A stretch of DNA of 64,000 bases from an uncultured Candidatus Saccharibacteria bacterium (GTDB taxonomy: Bacteria; Patescibacteriota; Saccharimonadia; CAILAD01; JADZBC01). Location: the NCBI GenBank assembly GCA_964413715.1, contig CAYPSN010000001.1, positions 10,613-74,612 on the forward strand, in the 5' to 3' direction. Made by a program: the position numbers and the translations under genes. Position 1 is the first letter of the stretch, and every line of letters begins with the position of its first letter. Of the stretch, positions 8,962 to 19,235 are shown piece by piece. The notes under the pieces are model-generated. The model was not told where the DNA came from. It was given only the letters and a program-made list of their open reading frames with translations, and ran no database searches.

Positions 8962-10671
8962 ATGGCGAAAAAACATATAGCTGACACCACCAGGCTTGGG
9001 TATGACTGGGTCTATGCGTCTGACGAGAGTGCACCAGTTGCAAGCTATCCCGAACTGAAAAAGCTTCTCTTGCGTCAATTAAAGCTTAGTGAGCAGGACG
9101 ATGATTTCTTTACACCAGACTATAGTGAGACTCTGCATGACCCTTTGTTGCTAGGCGGCGTGGAAGCTGCAGTTAGGCGCATTGATCAGGCTCTAGAGCG
9201 TAATGAGCAGATTGTGGTATACGGCGATTACGACATCGACGGCATTACAGCCACTGCACTACTCGTAGACGTATTGCGACAGCTTGGGGCTCAGGTTCGT
9301 CCCTATATCCCTGACAGGTTTGAAGAGGGCTACGGGCTCAACGATGAGGCGCTTCTAGGGCTCAAGAAGTCTGGAGCGGATCTGGTTATTACCGTTGATT
9401 GTGGCATTACCTCGGCAAATGAAGTTGCTAAAGCAGCGCAGAGCGGCCTCGAGATTATCGTGACTGACCATCATACAGTGCCAGAGGCTACACCAGATGC
9501 TGCAGTTGCGTGCATTAACCCACGCTTAAAAAACGACCCGTACCCATATAAAGACTTGGCTGGGGTGGCGGTGGCGTTCAAGTTGGCCAAAGCCCTTGCA
9601 GCTCAACATCCAGACAAAATAAAGCCTGGGCAAGAGAAGTGGCTGCTAGATTTGGTGGCTCTCGGTACCGTCTGCGACGTTGTGCCGCTGAATGGTGAAA
9701 ATCGCGCTCTTGTACAGTTTGGCCTGAAGGTCTTGGCCAAGACGCCGCGAGTTGGTCTTCAGGCTTTGGCCGAGGTAAGTAGTGTGGAGCTAAAAAGCAT
9801 TCAGGCAAGCGATCTAGGCTTTCGGTTTGGGCCGCGACTCAATGCAGCGGGGCGACTTGAACATGCCTCGAAAGCCTTGCAGCTTGTTATTACTCAGGAT
9901 GTGGAAGAGGCCAAACGACTTGCGCATGACCTTAACCAGCTTAATCGCGAACGGCAAGAGGAAACAACTCGAATATTTGCCGAGGCAATGGCGCAGGCCG
10001 AACAATTCAGCTCAGATAGCATTTTGGTATTGTCAGATCCAAATTGGTCGCATGGTATCGTTGGCTTGGTGGCGAGCAGGGTAAGCGAGGCCATGCATAA
10101 GCCAGCAATTATTTTGCAGGAGCTGGGTGGTAAGACTAAGGGTTCGGCGCGTAGCATTGGTCAATTCAATATTATCCAGGCCGTGAATGCTTGCTCTGAC
10201 ATACTAGAGCGCCACGGGGGCCATGCTTTTGCGGCGGGTATGACGCTGAATACAACTCAAATTAGTGAATTCCGCCGCCGGATTAATCTGTATGCTGCAG
10301 AGCACAAGGATGATTTGTTGGTTGGTAGAGAACTTACTATTGCAGCCCAGCTGGATATAGCGCTGCTTCATAAGGACCTTCTCGCTTTACTTGATAGTTT
10401 TGAGCCGTTTGGCAACGGCAACTCGCAGCCAGTTTTGAGTGCACAGCTGAAACTTAGCAGATTACGCCCAGTCGGCGCTGACTTGAGTCACTTGCAGTTT
10501 GGATTTGAAGCTCCCGGTGGGGTGATTGGGGGAATCAGTTTTGGCGCGACTACAAAGTGGCCTTGGCTGAAGGTGGGCGAGACAGTCCAGGTGGCTTTTC
10601 GCGCTAGCCGCAACATTTGGCAAGGGGTAGAGAGCCTGCAGCTAGAGGTGGTCGACGTAAGGCCCGCATAG
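8962..10671 (+). CDS. recJ: single-stranded-DNA-specific exonuclease RecJ
   Basis: 569 aa. DHH motifs (YGDYDIDGITATALL, VTDHH), DHHA1 domain and C-terminal OB-like region. Confidence 0.9.
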   Translation: MAKKHIADTTRLGYDWVYASDESAPVASYPELKKLLLRQLKLSEQDDDFFTPDYSETLHDPLLLGGVEAAVRRIDQALERNEQIVVYGDYDIDGITATALLVDVLRQLGAQVRPYIPDRFEEGYGLNDEALLGLKKSGADLVITVDCGITSANEVAKAAQSGLEIIVTDHHTVPEATPDAAVACINPRLKNDPYPYKDLAGVAVAFKLAKALAAQHPDKIKPGQEKWLLDLVALGTVCDVVPLNGENRALVQFGLKVLAKTPRVGLQALAEVSSVELKSIQASDLGFRFGPRLNAAGRLEHASKALQLVITQDVEEAKRLAHDLNQLNRERQEETTRIFAEAMAQAEQFSSDSILVLSDPNWSHGIVGLVASRVSEAMHKPAIILQELGGKTKGSARSIGQFNIIQAVNACSDILERHGGHAFAAGMTLNTTQISEFRRRINLYAAEHKDDLLVGRELTIAAQLDIALLHKDLLALLDSFEPFGNGNSQPVLSAQLKLSRLRPVGADLSHLQFGFEAPGGVIGGISFGATTKWPWLKVGETVQVAFRASRNIWQGVESLQLEVVDVRPA

Positions 10672-10750
10672 GCTTGAATAAGAATGAATTTTAACGTATA
10701 ATTACTCCTGAATTACACAAGATAACACGATAACAACAGGAGTTAATGAG

Positions 10751-10960
10751 TTGATTCAAGTAACAGCTAAAGATAACGAGTCGGCCGAGAGCTTACTACG
10801 CCGCTTTAATAAGAAAGTAATTCAGTCTGGAGTGCTCGGCGAAGCACGTCGTAAACGATACTTCGAAAAGCCAGTTTCTAAGACTGAAGCTCGGGCTACA
10901 GCTATCCGCAAAGCAAAGCGCAAAGAACAGAAAACCCGCGAACTTTTAGGGATTAAGTAA
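10751..10960 (+). CDS. rpsU: 30S ribosomal protein S21 (TTG start)
   Basis: 69 aa. LLRRFNKKV...GVLGEARRKRYFEKPVSKTEARATAIRKAKRKE matches the S21 signature. SD aggag upstream. Confidence 0.85.
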   Translation: MIQVTAKDNESAESLLRRFNKKVIQSGVLGEARRKRYFEKPVSKTEARATAIRKAKRKEQKTRELLGIK

Positions 10961-11397
10961 TGCACGTCATCGAGCAGCTCGAACAAGATTTAGCAGCTGC
11001 CATGCGAGAGCGTGATCAGGTACGCCTGCAGGTTCTTCGTTTACTCAAGAGTGCACTCAAGAACTATCAAATTGAAGTAGGGCATGAGCTAAGTCAGCAA
11101 GAAATGATGCGTGTTCTGCAGAAAGAAGCTAAGAAGCGTCGTGATTCGATCGAGGCATACGAGAAAGCCGGTCGCAACGACTTAGTGGCCGAAGAGTCTG
11201 CTGAACTTAAGGAGATTGATCGCTATTTGCCGGCTCAAATGAGTGACGATGAGCTTCGTGCTATTACACAGAAGGTTATTGGTGATAATCCAGAGGCACA
11301 GATGGGTCAAATTATCGGCCAAGTGTTGGCACGTACTGACGGGCAAGCTGATGGCGCAGCGGTGAGTCGTATCGTGCGTGAAGAATTGAGTAAATAG
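10960..11397 (+). CDS. yqeY: GatB/YqeY domain protein
   Basis: 145 aa. YqeY-type helical protein in the usual rpsU-yqeY neighbourhood. Confidence 0.8.
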   Translation: MHVIEQLEQDLAAAMRERDQVRLQVLRLLKSALKNYQIEVGHELSQQEMMRVLQKEAKKRRDSIEAYEKAGRNDLVAEESAELKEIDRYLPAQMSDDELRAITQKVIGDNPEAQMGQIIGQVLARTDGQADGAAVSRIVREELSK

Positions 11398-11407
11398 GCA
11401 AAACACT

Positions 11408-11884
11408 ATGGCTCTAAGCCTAACGATTGCTACTCCATTACCAGAGGGGATTTCGACCGAAGATTTGTCACTCGCACTCGATGCGACTGAAATCGCGGCT
11501 GACGTAACTGCAGCAGGGCAAATCAGTTTGGCGCTGGTGGACGAGAAGACCACCCAGCAGCTTAATAAGCAATACGCTGGCAATGACTACGCTACGGACG
11601 TATTGAGCTTTAACTACTTCGAGGACGAAGCTGAGGAGCCTAGTCAAGAGGATACACTAGGCGAGGTAATAATTTGCCTGCCAATTGCTCAGAAACAGGC
11701 CGAGGAGCACGATCAGACTCTACGCAGCGAAATTATGCTGCTCTTCGTGCATGGTCTTATGCATATCTTCGGATTCGATCACCAGTCTCCTGATGACCAA
11801 GCTAGCTTTGAGACCGCCCAGGGTGCTATATTAAGTAAGCTTAAGATTAATGCGAGGAATATATTTGATGGTAACTCTCGGTAG
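11408..11884 (+). CDS. ybeY: rRNA maturation endoribonuclease YbeY
   Basis: 158 aa. Zinc-binding HGLMHIFGFDH (H3xH5xH) motif. Confidence 0.9.
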   Translation: MALSLTIATPLPEGISTEDLSLALDATEIAADVTAAGQISLALVDEKTTQQLNKQYAGNDYATDVLSFNYFEDEAEEPSQEDTLGEVIICLPIAQKQAEEHDQTLRSEIMLLFVHGLMHIFGFDHQSPDDQASFETAQGAILSKLKINARNIFDGNSR

Positions 11885-12227
11885 TTTTCGGCACGCGTTT
11901 AAGGGGCTTCGGGCGGTAGTAAGTCGTGAGCGTAATGCGCGCATTCATTTATTTTTTGCCTTTCTGGCAATTGTGGCAAGTTGGTTCTTTAAGATATCAG
12001 TTTTCCAGCTATCACTCGTAATTTTGGCTATCATTTTGGTTTTCTTTGCCGAAATTACCAATACTGCCATCGAACGCACGCTCGATATAATCACAACCGA
12101 GAGAAGCCAAGTTGTCCAGCTGGTCAAAGACATGACAGCCGGCGGGGTATTGGTTTGTGCTCTTGGCGCTCTCGCATTGGCAATTTGTATTTTTGGTCCA
12201 CGCGTATATGAAATGGTAGTGCGATGA
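11868..12227 (+). CDS. dgkA: diacylglycerol/undecaprenol kinase family membrane protein (DgkA). Start placed at the internal ATG; the ORF track begins at 11850.
   Basis: FRHAFKG...EITNTAIE motifs and three TM helices. Classic ybeY-dgkA linkage. Confidence 0.75.
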   Translation: MVTLGSFRHAFKGLRAVVSRERNARIHLFFAFLAIVASWFFKISVFQLSLVILAIILVFFAEITNTAIERTLDIITTERSQVVQLVKDMTAGGVLVCALGALALAICIFGPRVYEMVVR

Positions 12228-12772
12228 GTCGGCACATCGTAGTTTTGGGTATGCCTGGGGCTGGTAAAGACACACAGTGTGACTTGCTGGCCAGTAAACT
12301 TAAGGCTAGCGTGATTAAGACTGGCGACATCGCGCGCTCACTCGCCAAAACGAACACAGATGTGGCTCGAATTCTCAAAAACGGTGGTTTAGTGAGTGAC
12401 GAATTGATTAACGCCGAGCTCAAAAAAATCCTTCATAACACATCATCTCAATCTGATATTATCTACGATGGCTTCCCACGACGGGTTGCGCAGGCGCAGT
12501 GGCTTGATGAAGTTTTGAGCGAAAAAGAATCATCGCAACTGAGTGTATTTTTCTTGCGTATCAGTCACGCAACGGCCCAACAAAGACTGATGAGCCGCGG
12601 CCGAGCTGACGATACGCGCGAGATAATCGAAAATCGCCTGAATGTATTCATGCAAGAAACTGAGCCGGTTCTTGGCTACTATCGATCAAGCGGAAGACTG
12701 GTAGAGATTGATGGCGAGCCTTCAGTCGATTCAATCCATGAACAGATATTAAAAGAGTTAGGGCAGGCATAG
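12224..12772 (+). CDS. adk: adenylate kinase
   Basis: 182 aa. P-loop GMPGAGKDTQ, NMP-binding and LID regions. Overlaps dgkA by 4 nt. Confidence 0.85.
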   Translation: MSRHIVVLGMPGAGKDTQCDLLASKLKASVIKTGDIARSLAKTNTDVARILKNGGLVSDELINAELKKILHNTSSQSDIIYDGFPRRVAQAQWLDEVLSEKESSQLSVFFLRISHATAQQRLMSRGRADDTREIIENRLNVFMQETEPVLGYYRSSGRLVEIDGEPSVDSIHEQILKELGQA

Positions 12773-12773
12773 T

Positions 12774-13526
12774 ATGAAAACGCAGGTTAAAACACCGCAA
12801 GAAATCGCTGCGATGCGTCATGGTGGTAAGATATTGGCTCAAACCCTGCAGACTCTTAAGTCACGCACGGTTGCCGGTATGAAAACGGTTGAAATTGACA
12901 TGATGGCGCGCGAGATACTCAAGGAGCAAGGTGTACGGCCGGCTTTTCTTGGCTTTGATGGTTTTCCTGCCAGTATCTGTATCTCTGTCAATGAGGAAAT
13001 CGTGCACGGCATTCCTTCTGATCGCATTCTGCACGATGGTGACCTGGTGAAGTTTGATTTTGGCGTAGAGCATGAAGGGATGATCACCGATAGTGCAATT
13101 AGTTTTATATTGGGGGCGACAACTAATCCGCAGGCTGAAAAACTTATTAAGGCCACCGAAGAGGCATTAGCTCGGGCCATCAATGAGATTCGAGATGGCG
13201 TGCGCGTGGGTGATTTGGGGCAAATCATCGGCCAGACCATTCAGAAGCACGGGTTTTATGTATTGCAGTCGCTTGGTGGTCATGGTGTGGGTCATAGGCT
13301 CCATGAAGAACCCTGGATAGGTAATGATGGGGTGGCTGGTACCGGACAAACTCTAAGGGCAGGCATGACGATTGCATTGGAGCCGATTGCCTCGATCGGC
13401 ACCGAAGAGCTTGTCATGGCAGACGATGGCTGGACCTGCATTACCGATGACGGTTCGCTCGCTGCGCAAAGTGAACACACAATTCTTATCACTGACTCTG
13501 GCGCTGAGATTCTGACATTACCTTAG
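12774..13526 (+). CDS. map: methionine aminopeptidase type I
   Basis: 250 aa. Pita-bread-fold metal ligands (D..D..H..E..E), HGIPSDRIL motif. Confidence 0.9.
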   Translation: MKTQVKTPQEIAAMRHGGKILAQTLQTLKSRTVAGMKTVEIDMMAREILKEQGVRPAFLGFDGFPASICISVNEEIVHGIPSDRILHDGDLVKFDFGVEHEGMITDSAISFILGATTNPQAEKLIKATEEALARAINEIRDGVRVGDLGQIIGQTIQKHGFYVLQSLGGHGVGHRLHEEPWIGNDGVAGTGQTLRAGMTIALEPIASIGTEELVMADDGWTCITDDGSLAAQSEHTILITDSGAEILTLP

Positions 13527-13586
13527 GCATTTTGTATCAATAGTTTGCGCAACTACCTGCGCCATGTAATAATGGGATAGATTAAG

Positions 13587-14828
13587 GTGAGTTATATGGC
13601 TGCGAAAAACGAATCAACATTTGTAGGCTTAGACATCGGCACAAGTAAAGTGGTGTTCGTGGTTGGCTTGCATCAAGAAGATATGGCCGAACCGAGTATT
13701 ATTGGGCTTGGTGTTGCGCCGACAACTGGTTTACGGCGTGGCACTGTTTCAGATGTTGAAGAAACCGTTGCCTCTATCACGACCGCGCTCGAAGAAGCTG
13801 AGCGTATGAGTGGCGTTACAATTGAGCGAGCCACCATAAGTGTAGACGGCGCCCATGTTCAGAGCCTCAACTCAAAAGGCGTTATTGCGGTTAGTCGTGC
13901 TGATCACGAAATCTCACGCGAGGATTTGGCACGGGTCGAGGAAGCAGCGGCCGCGATTCAGATGGATAGTAATCGTCAGATCCTGCAAGTCATCCCCAAA
14001 AGCTATACGGTAGATAGCCAAACAAACGTCGTGGATCCTGTTGGTATGAATGGGGTACGCCTAGAAGTTGATACGCACATTATTACCGCTGCTTCACCAG
14101 CCATGAAGAACCTCACCAACTCTGTTTTTCGGGCAGGTTTGCAGATCAACGATCAACTACTGGTGCCGTTGGCCGCAGCTCGTGCGGTACTATCGAAGCG
14201 CCAATTTGAGTTAGGTGTAGCTCTCGTTGATATCGGAGCAGAAACTACTGGCATTGCGGTGTTCGAGGAAGGTGGCATTACCTTTACGACAATTCTACCG
14301 GTCGGAGCCAATCACATTACGAAAGATCTGGTGTACGGTTTGCGCACTAACATTGATGTGGCAGAAAAGCTTAAGCTGGCACGCGCTACTGCAATGAAAG
14401 ATAAGGCAAAAGTAAACGAAAAGGTTGATCTGGCTGATTTTGGCGGGAATGGGGTAGTATCACAGGGTGAAATTGATAAGATCGTTACCTCGCGTTCGCA
14501 AGAGATCTTTGAAATGGTGCATGCGGAACTTCGCAAAGTCGGTAAAGACTCAATGCTGGCTGGCGGCGTGGTACTTACAGGCGGTGGCGCTAAGCTCAAA
14601 GACATCGACGCACTCGCTCAAAATATTCTAAAACTCAATGTCAGCATTGCAACCCCCAAGGGCTTTGGTGGCATCAGCGATAAAGTAAAGGACCCTGCCT
14701 ATGCGGCGGCTGTTGGGCTCATGCTTGAAGACATGAATCATATTCCCCCAGGCCATGGCGGCTTAAACCGCGCTATAGGCGGCGTATTGAATCAGATTAA
14801 GAGTATATTTAAAAACTTTCTACCGTAA
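13587..14828 (+). CDS. ftsA: cell division protein FtsA
   Basis: 413 aa. Actin-like ATPase, FVGLDIGTSKV phosphate-1 motif. Directly upstream of ftsZ. Confidence 0.9.
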   Translation: MSYMAAKNESTFVGLDIGTSKVVFVVGLHQEDMAEPSIIGLGVAPTTGLRRGTVSDVEETVASITTALEEAERMSGVTIERATISVDGAHVQSLNSKGVIAVSRADHEISREDLARVEEAAAAIQMDSNRQILQVIPKSYTVDSQTNVVDPVGMNGVRLEVDTHIITAASPAMKNLTNSVFRAGLQINDQLLVPLAAARAVLSKRQFELGVALVDIGAETTGIAVFEEGGITFTTILPVGANHITKDLVYGLRTNIDVAEKLKLARATAMKDKAKVNEKVDLADFGGNGVVSQGEIDKIVTSRSQEIFEMVHAELRKVGKDSMLAGGVVLTGGGAKLKDIDALAQNILKLNVSIATPKGFGGISDKVKDPAYAAAVGLMLEDMNHIPPGHGGLNRAIGGVLNQIKSIFKNFLP

Positions 14829-15016
14829 ATAAGTCGGTCTACCTAAATTATTCCTCATAAGCAGCTGCGATTGATTGTGTTTACATCTCGATGCTCGCGC
14901 CGTTATGGTTCTTGTGGATAACTTCAATGTCATTATTCAATTAATGACTAAAAATATAAACATATTGAACACTAAAAATATTCATAAGAATTATATTTGG
15001 TAATTGAGTAAAATAT

Positions 15017-15045
15017 TTGCATTATCTGTGCAACTTCGCTATACT
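15017..15045 (+). promoter_or_regulatory. sigma70-type promoter for ftsZ (TTGCAT-17-TATACT)
   Basis: -35 and -10 hexamers with a 17-nt spacer in the 330-nt AT-rich ftsA-ftsZ spacer. Confidence 0.5.
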
Positions 15046-15161
15046 TTTGGCATACCGAATGAGTAGCGGTATGTGTGTGGCAAGGTACACTTCTCGATAG
15101 AGAAGGGATATTAGACTCCTCTTAGGGGGAGATCGGCAATTATACAAAGGGTACAAAATCA

Positions 15162-16562
15162 ATGGCAGAAATTCGTCCAGAAATTGAGACATTTGCACGC
15201 ATCAAAGTAGTTGGTGTGGGTGGAGGTGGAAACAACGCCCTTAACCGCATGATCCAATCAAGTATTCGTGGCATTGATTTTGTAGCTGTTAACACAGACG
15301 CACAAGCTCTTCATTATTCTCAAGCTGCCAAAAAAGTTCATATTGGCAAAGAAGCTACGCGTGGTCTTGGTGCAGGCGCAAACCCTGAAGTGGGTAAAAT
15401 CGCTGCCGAAGAGAGCGAAGAGGACATTTTCGAGGCGCTCAAGGGTAGTGAAATGGTCTTTATTACTGGTGGCTGCGGTGGTGGTACTGCAAGTGGTGCC
15501 GCACCTGTCATAGCACGTATTGCCAGGGAAATTGGCGCCCTAACGGTAGCAATTATGACGAAGCCTTTTGCATTCGAAGGCGATCGTAGGCGAAAAATTG
15601 CCGAGTCGGCGCTCGAAGAGTTACGCGACAAGGTCGATACCCTCATTGTGATACCAAATGACCGTATCTTGCAGATTATTGATCGAAAAACTTCACTCCT
15701 AGATGCTTTTGGGGCGGTTGATAATGTACTGCGTCAGGGTGTACAGGGCATTTCTGATTTGATTACTGTGAACGGTCTGGTTAACTTGGACTTCGCTGAT
15801 GTGAAGTCGATTATGAGCAATGCCGGCAGCGCATTGATGGGTATTGGTCATGGTTCTGGCGACAATCGAGCCGTTGAAGCTGTCAAACAGGCTATGGATT
15901 CACCGCTACTCGAAGTCTCGATACAGGGCGCTAAGGGTGTATTGATCAACTTTACCGGCGGACGAGACATGGGTATGCATGAAATTGAAGAGGCTGCGAA
16001 GCTCATTCACGACTCTGTTGACCCAGAAGCAAACATCATTTGGGGTACAGTGTTGGATGAAAACACGACTGGTGAAATCAAGGTAACTCTGGTGGCAACT
16101 GGGTTTGACGCTAATCGCAATCCCGTAGCGCAAACACATGGTTTTAGCGGCTTTGGAAGCTCGAGCGCTAATGTTGCACCTGTCGTTCCGACTCAGCCAG
16201 AATATCATGAGCCAGTTGAGCCTGAAGTTGAGGAAATCCCTTATATTCGCGAACAGCCTCGCGCAGTCTTTGATACGAACGACGTAGAACCCCTTGTAAA
16301 AGCCACTCCCGAACCCGAAAAGACTATAATGGATGACCCAATCCATGGCTTTGACCTAGAAGAGCCACTTGTCGAAGAAGAGTCTGTTGTGGAGCCTGCG
16401 CCTACAGTGCAGCCCCAGCAGCCGATTATTGAGCAAGCCTCTGGATTTTTAGGCGACGAAGATGACCTAGAAAAACCAGCTTACCTCCGCCAGGGCACTA
16501 AGCTTGATCAAAAAGCTGGTGATGACGACGATATTCCGAGTTTTGTAAAAAAGAAAATGTAG
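15162..16562 (+). CDS. ftsZ: cell division GTPase FtsZ with long acidic/Pro-rich C-terminal linker
   Basis: 466 aa. Tubulin signature [11 protein letters not shown]7 loop NLDFADV. Confidence 0.9.
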   Translation: MAEIRPEIETFARIKVVGVGGGGNNALNRMIQSSIRGIDFVAVNTDAQALHYSQAAKKVHIGKEATRGLGAGANPEVGKIAAEESEEDIFEALKGSEMVFITGGCGGGTASGAAPVIARIAREIGALTVAIMTKPFAFEGDRRRKIAESALEELRDKVDTLIVIPNDRILQIIDRKTSLLDAFGAVDNVLRQGVQGISDLITVNGLVNLDFADVKSIMSNAGSALMGIGHGSGDNRAVEAVKQAMDSPLLEVSIQGAKGVLINFTGGRDMGMHEIEEAAKLIHDSVDPEANIIWGTVLDENTTGEIKVTLVATGFDANRNPVAQTHGFSGFGSSSANVAPVVPTQPEYHEPVEPEVEEIPYIREQPRAVFDTNDVEPLVKATPEPEKTIMDDPIHGFDLEEPLVEEESVVEPAPTVQPQQPIIEQASGFLGDEDDLEKPAYLRQGTKLDQKAGDDDDIPSFVKKKM

Positions 16563-16582
16563 GTATCGGAGGGTCGAGTTAA

Positions 16583-17053
16583 ATGAAGTGTCCACGGTGC
16601 GGCTCACAGGAAAGTCGTGTACTCGAGTCTCGTGATGTTGAGCAGGAGAGCGTGATAAGGCGACGCAGGGAGTGTTTAAGCTGTCAGCACCGCTTTACGA
16701 CGTATGAACGAATTGAGGCTGCTCATCTTTTGATTATTAAAAAGAATGGTGAGCGAGAGTTATTTGATAGAACTAAGCTCGCTAACGGTATTTATCAGGC
16801 ATTCCAAAAGCGCCCTGTCTCTGCAGACCAGATTGAAAGCATCATCACCTCGATTGAACAGGCCCTAAAGTCAACTGGTGATCATGAGCTACCAAGTACT
16901 ACTATCGGTGAATTGGTAATGGAGAAATTACGCGAGAGTGATGATGTGGCATATGTGCGTTTTGCCAGTGTTTATCGCAGCTTTGCCGATATCAAAAGCT
17001 TCGAAGCAGAGCTTAACCGTCTAAAGGCTCAGACCAAGGGTAAAACCAGCTAG
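16583..17053 (+). CDS. nrdR: transcriptional repressor NrdR
   Basis: 156 aa. N-terminal zinc ribbon MKCPRCGS...CLSCQHRFTTYE plus ATP-cone. Confidence 0.9.
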   Translation: MKCPRCGSQESRVLESRDVEQESVIRRRRECLSCQHRFTTYERIEAAHLLIIKKNGERELFDRTKLANGIYQAFQKRPVSADQIESIITSIEQALKSTGDHELPSTTIGELVMEKLRESDDVAYVRFASVYRSFADIKSFEAELNRLKAQTKGKTS

Positions 17054-17093
17054 TTCACACATTTGGGTAAACTACTCATGCTATACTGCTAGT

Positions 17094-17330
17094 ATGAAGG
17101 TAATTGTACTTAGTAATGACAAGCAGGTCGACACGGAGAATCTCGGAAAGGTGCGTGCCGCAGTTCAGGTGGAGCGTCCGGAGTCTATAGAGGGCCAACG
17201 TTTCGTGAAGCTCTATGATGTTGTGCAGTTTCCGGCTTGTCTTGTTGTGACTGACGAGGGGAGTCTGGTGGAGCTTTGGCAGGGCAAAATGCCTCAGCCA
17301 AGCGAACTTATTTATCACACTGAGCGATAA
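17094..17330 (+). CDS. hypothetical small protein (possibly a degenerate thioredoxin-fold protein lacking CxxC)
   Basis: 78 aa, no conserved motif recognised. Confidence 0.35.
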   Translation: MKVIVLSNDKQVDTENLGKVRAAVQVERPESIEGQRFVKLYDVVQFPACLVVTDEGSLVELWQGKMPQPSELIYHTER

Positions 17331-17383
17331 TTTACAGATATGAAACGCCACAAAGAATAAAAAAGTAGTTCAATAATATTCTA

Positions 17384-18919
17384 TTACTCAACGCGCATGA
17401 TGCGTACCGTGTCGGTGCCGCCCGACACATTACGATGGCGGCCGTAAGCGCAAATCACATAGTCATTAGGTTTCACTGCACCAGTCTGCTTAAGCCTCGT
17501 GATGATGCGCTGGTTGGTATCGCTCGAATTGCTGATCAGTAGAGGCTTTCCACCCCAAACAATCGAAAGTTTGTTACATACATTCCTGTCTGGACTAGCC
17601 ATGATGATCGGTACCGCAGGCCTTAGGTTCGACACGCTGTAGGCTGTGTCTCCGGTCATGGTCTCAGCCACAATGAGTTTCGCACCAATTTGTTCTGCTA
17701 AGGTGATAGCGGCAAGGGAAATACTGGCAGGTATATTGTGATTTTGGGGTGTTTCGTCGGGCGAGTTATGCTGCTCGAAGACCAAACGCGTCGTATCATG
17801 GATTCTTTGCAGGTCAGGTTTGCGCAAGCTGGGTGCAATCAGTGCTGCTTTACCATACTCAGACGAAACAAAGTCTAGATTTATCGTACCCATGATGGAG
17901 TACTGCTCGGCCTTGAGAATGATGCGCTTCATCATCTTTACCGTTTCTACAGGGTAGTCACCAATGGCTGTTTCGCCCGAGAGCATAACGGCATCCACTC
18001 CTAGGAGCACGGCAGTAGAAACATCATTGGCTTCAGCTCGCGAAGGTTGGGTTGACTTTATCATGCTCTCAAGCATTTGCGTGGCCATAATAACAGGTTT
18101 ATTGTTGCGCCTGGCAGCTTCGATGATGCGTCGACCAACAATTGGTACGTTTTCGGCGCCAATTTCCACTGCCAAATCGCCGCGCGCAATCATTATGGCG
18201 TCACTAGCTTCAATAATGGCATCAAGATTCGTTACGGCGGCTTTTGTTTCGATCTTGGTAATAATATGGACGGGGTGATTGGCTGGCTTTAGGAGTCTTC
18301 GTACTTCTTTGATCGTTTTTACTGACTGAACGAAAGAGACTGCCACGTAGTCAACGTCTTCTTGAATGGCGAACAGGATGTCTTGCCTGTCTTTGTCAGT
18401 CACTACTGATCCTTTAAACACTGTGTCTGGCAGATTGATGCCGTGGTGACTTAGTACAACGCCGCTATTGAGCGCCTTTGCAGTAACAATGCCACCTTTG
18501 ACGTGCTTGACCACAAGGGCGATTTGGCCATCGCGCAAGTAAACATGCTCCCCAATACTGACTTCGTCGGCGAAGTTGTATTGCGAGGGAAGAATGCCAA
18601 GTTCCTCATCGTAGGTGTCTCCGAAGCTAAACCCGACCATATCACCGCGCTTAATCGTGACGCCTTTTTCAGGGAGTTCGCCAAGGCGGATTTTTGGGCC
18701 AGCAAGGTCTTGAATAACAGCAAGCCCTCGATCAAGCTTCCTGGAAGCGCGGCGTGCTATTGAGAGATTGCGTTTGTGAGTTCTGTAATCTCCATGCGAA
18801 AAGTTAAGACGAATGCCATTTACACCCGATTCTAAAAGCGATTCGATATGGTCTTCGCTGGATGGTCCGATTGTGGCGATGATTTTAGTTTTTTTATACG
18901 TGGTGGCATCACGAGTCAT
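17384..18919 (-). CDS. pyk: pyruvate kinase
   Basis: 511 aa. TKIIATIGPSS start, K+/Mg-binding barrel, C-terminal regulatory domain. Confidence 0.9.
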   Translation of the reverse strand: MTRDATTYKKTKIIATIGPSSEDHIESLLESGVNGIRLNFSHGDYRTHKRNLSIARRASRKLDRGLAVIQDLAGPKIRLGELPEKGVTIKRGDMVGFSFGDTYDEELGILPSQYNFADEVSIGEHVYLRDGQIALVVKHVKGGIVTAKALNSGVVLSHHGINLPDTVFKGSVVTDKDRQDILFAIQEDVDYVAVSFVQSVKTIKEVRRLLKPANHPVHIITKIETKAAVTNLDAIIEASDAIMIARGDLAVEIGAENVPIVGRRIIEAARRNNKPVIMATQMLESMIKSTQPSRAEANDVSTAVLLGVDAVMLSGETAIGDYPVETVKMMKRIILKAEQYSIMGTINLDFVSSEYGKAALIAPSLRKPDLQRIHDTTRLVFEQHNSPDETPQNHNIPASISLAAITLAEQIGAKLIVAETMTGDTAYSVSNLRPAVPIIMASPDRNVCNKLSIVWGGKPLLISNSSDTNQRIITRLKQTGAVKPNDYVICAYGRHRNVSGGTDTVRIMRVE

Positions 18920-18966
18920 GTTCGTATTGTACTGGTATTATGCTTATGCTGCAAAGGCATAATTGG

Positions 18967-18995
18967 TTGCACGAGTGCGAATTTGATTGTATAAT
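18967..18995 (+). promoter_or_regulatory. sigma70-type promoter TTGCAC-17-TATAAT for the ileS leader
   Basis: Consensus-like hexamers with a 17-nt spacer, about 240 nt upstream of the ileS ATG. Confidence 0.5.
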
Positions 18996-19001
18996 CAAGA
19001 C

Positions 19002-19235
19002 CATACATGCGTCTCACTTTGCAAATAAGCATTGCCGGTGAGTAAGTGGCTATCAACCACGAAGCAGCAGGAAGAACAGTCGTTTTGACCAAGTAGAGCC
19101 TGACGGAAGCGCCCGTAAGTCGCATTAATTAAGTGCCAACGAGATGTCTCTCTTGGAAACTGGATGGTACCATCCGCTCGGTGAGTGGATTCCAGTATTC
19201 AAAGGAGACTTTTTGTATTTTTTAAAGGAACATGT
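19002..19235 (+). promoter_or_regulatory. long structured ileS 5' leader, candidate T-box riboswitch (Ile)
   Basis: About 234-nt untranslated leader. At 19155-19180 the sequence GGAAACTGGATGGTACCATCCGCTCG matches the T-box core AANNNGGGUGGUACC in 12 of 15 positions, including the UGGU tRNA-acceptor pairing tetranucleotide. An ATC codon is present in the upstream stem region; a U-rich tract follows. Confidence 0.35.

Noticed and set aside
12839-13492. Antisense ORFs (133, 70, 60, 66 aa) inside map. The same applies to the many 60-180-aa ORFs antisense to priA, secD, recJ, ileS, pyk and ftsZ.
   Set aside because: They lie entirely within well-supported conserved genes on the opposite strand, with no SD and low-complexity translations.
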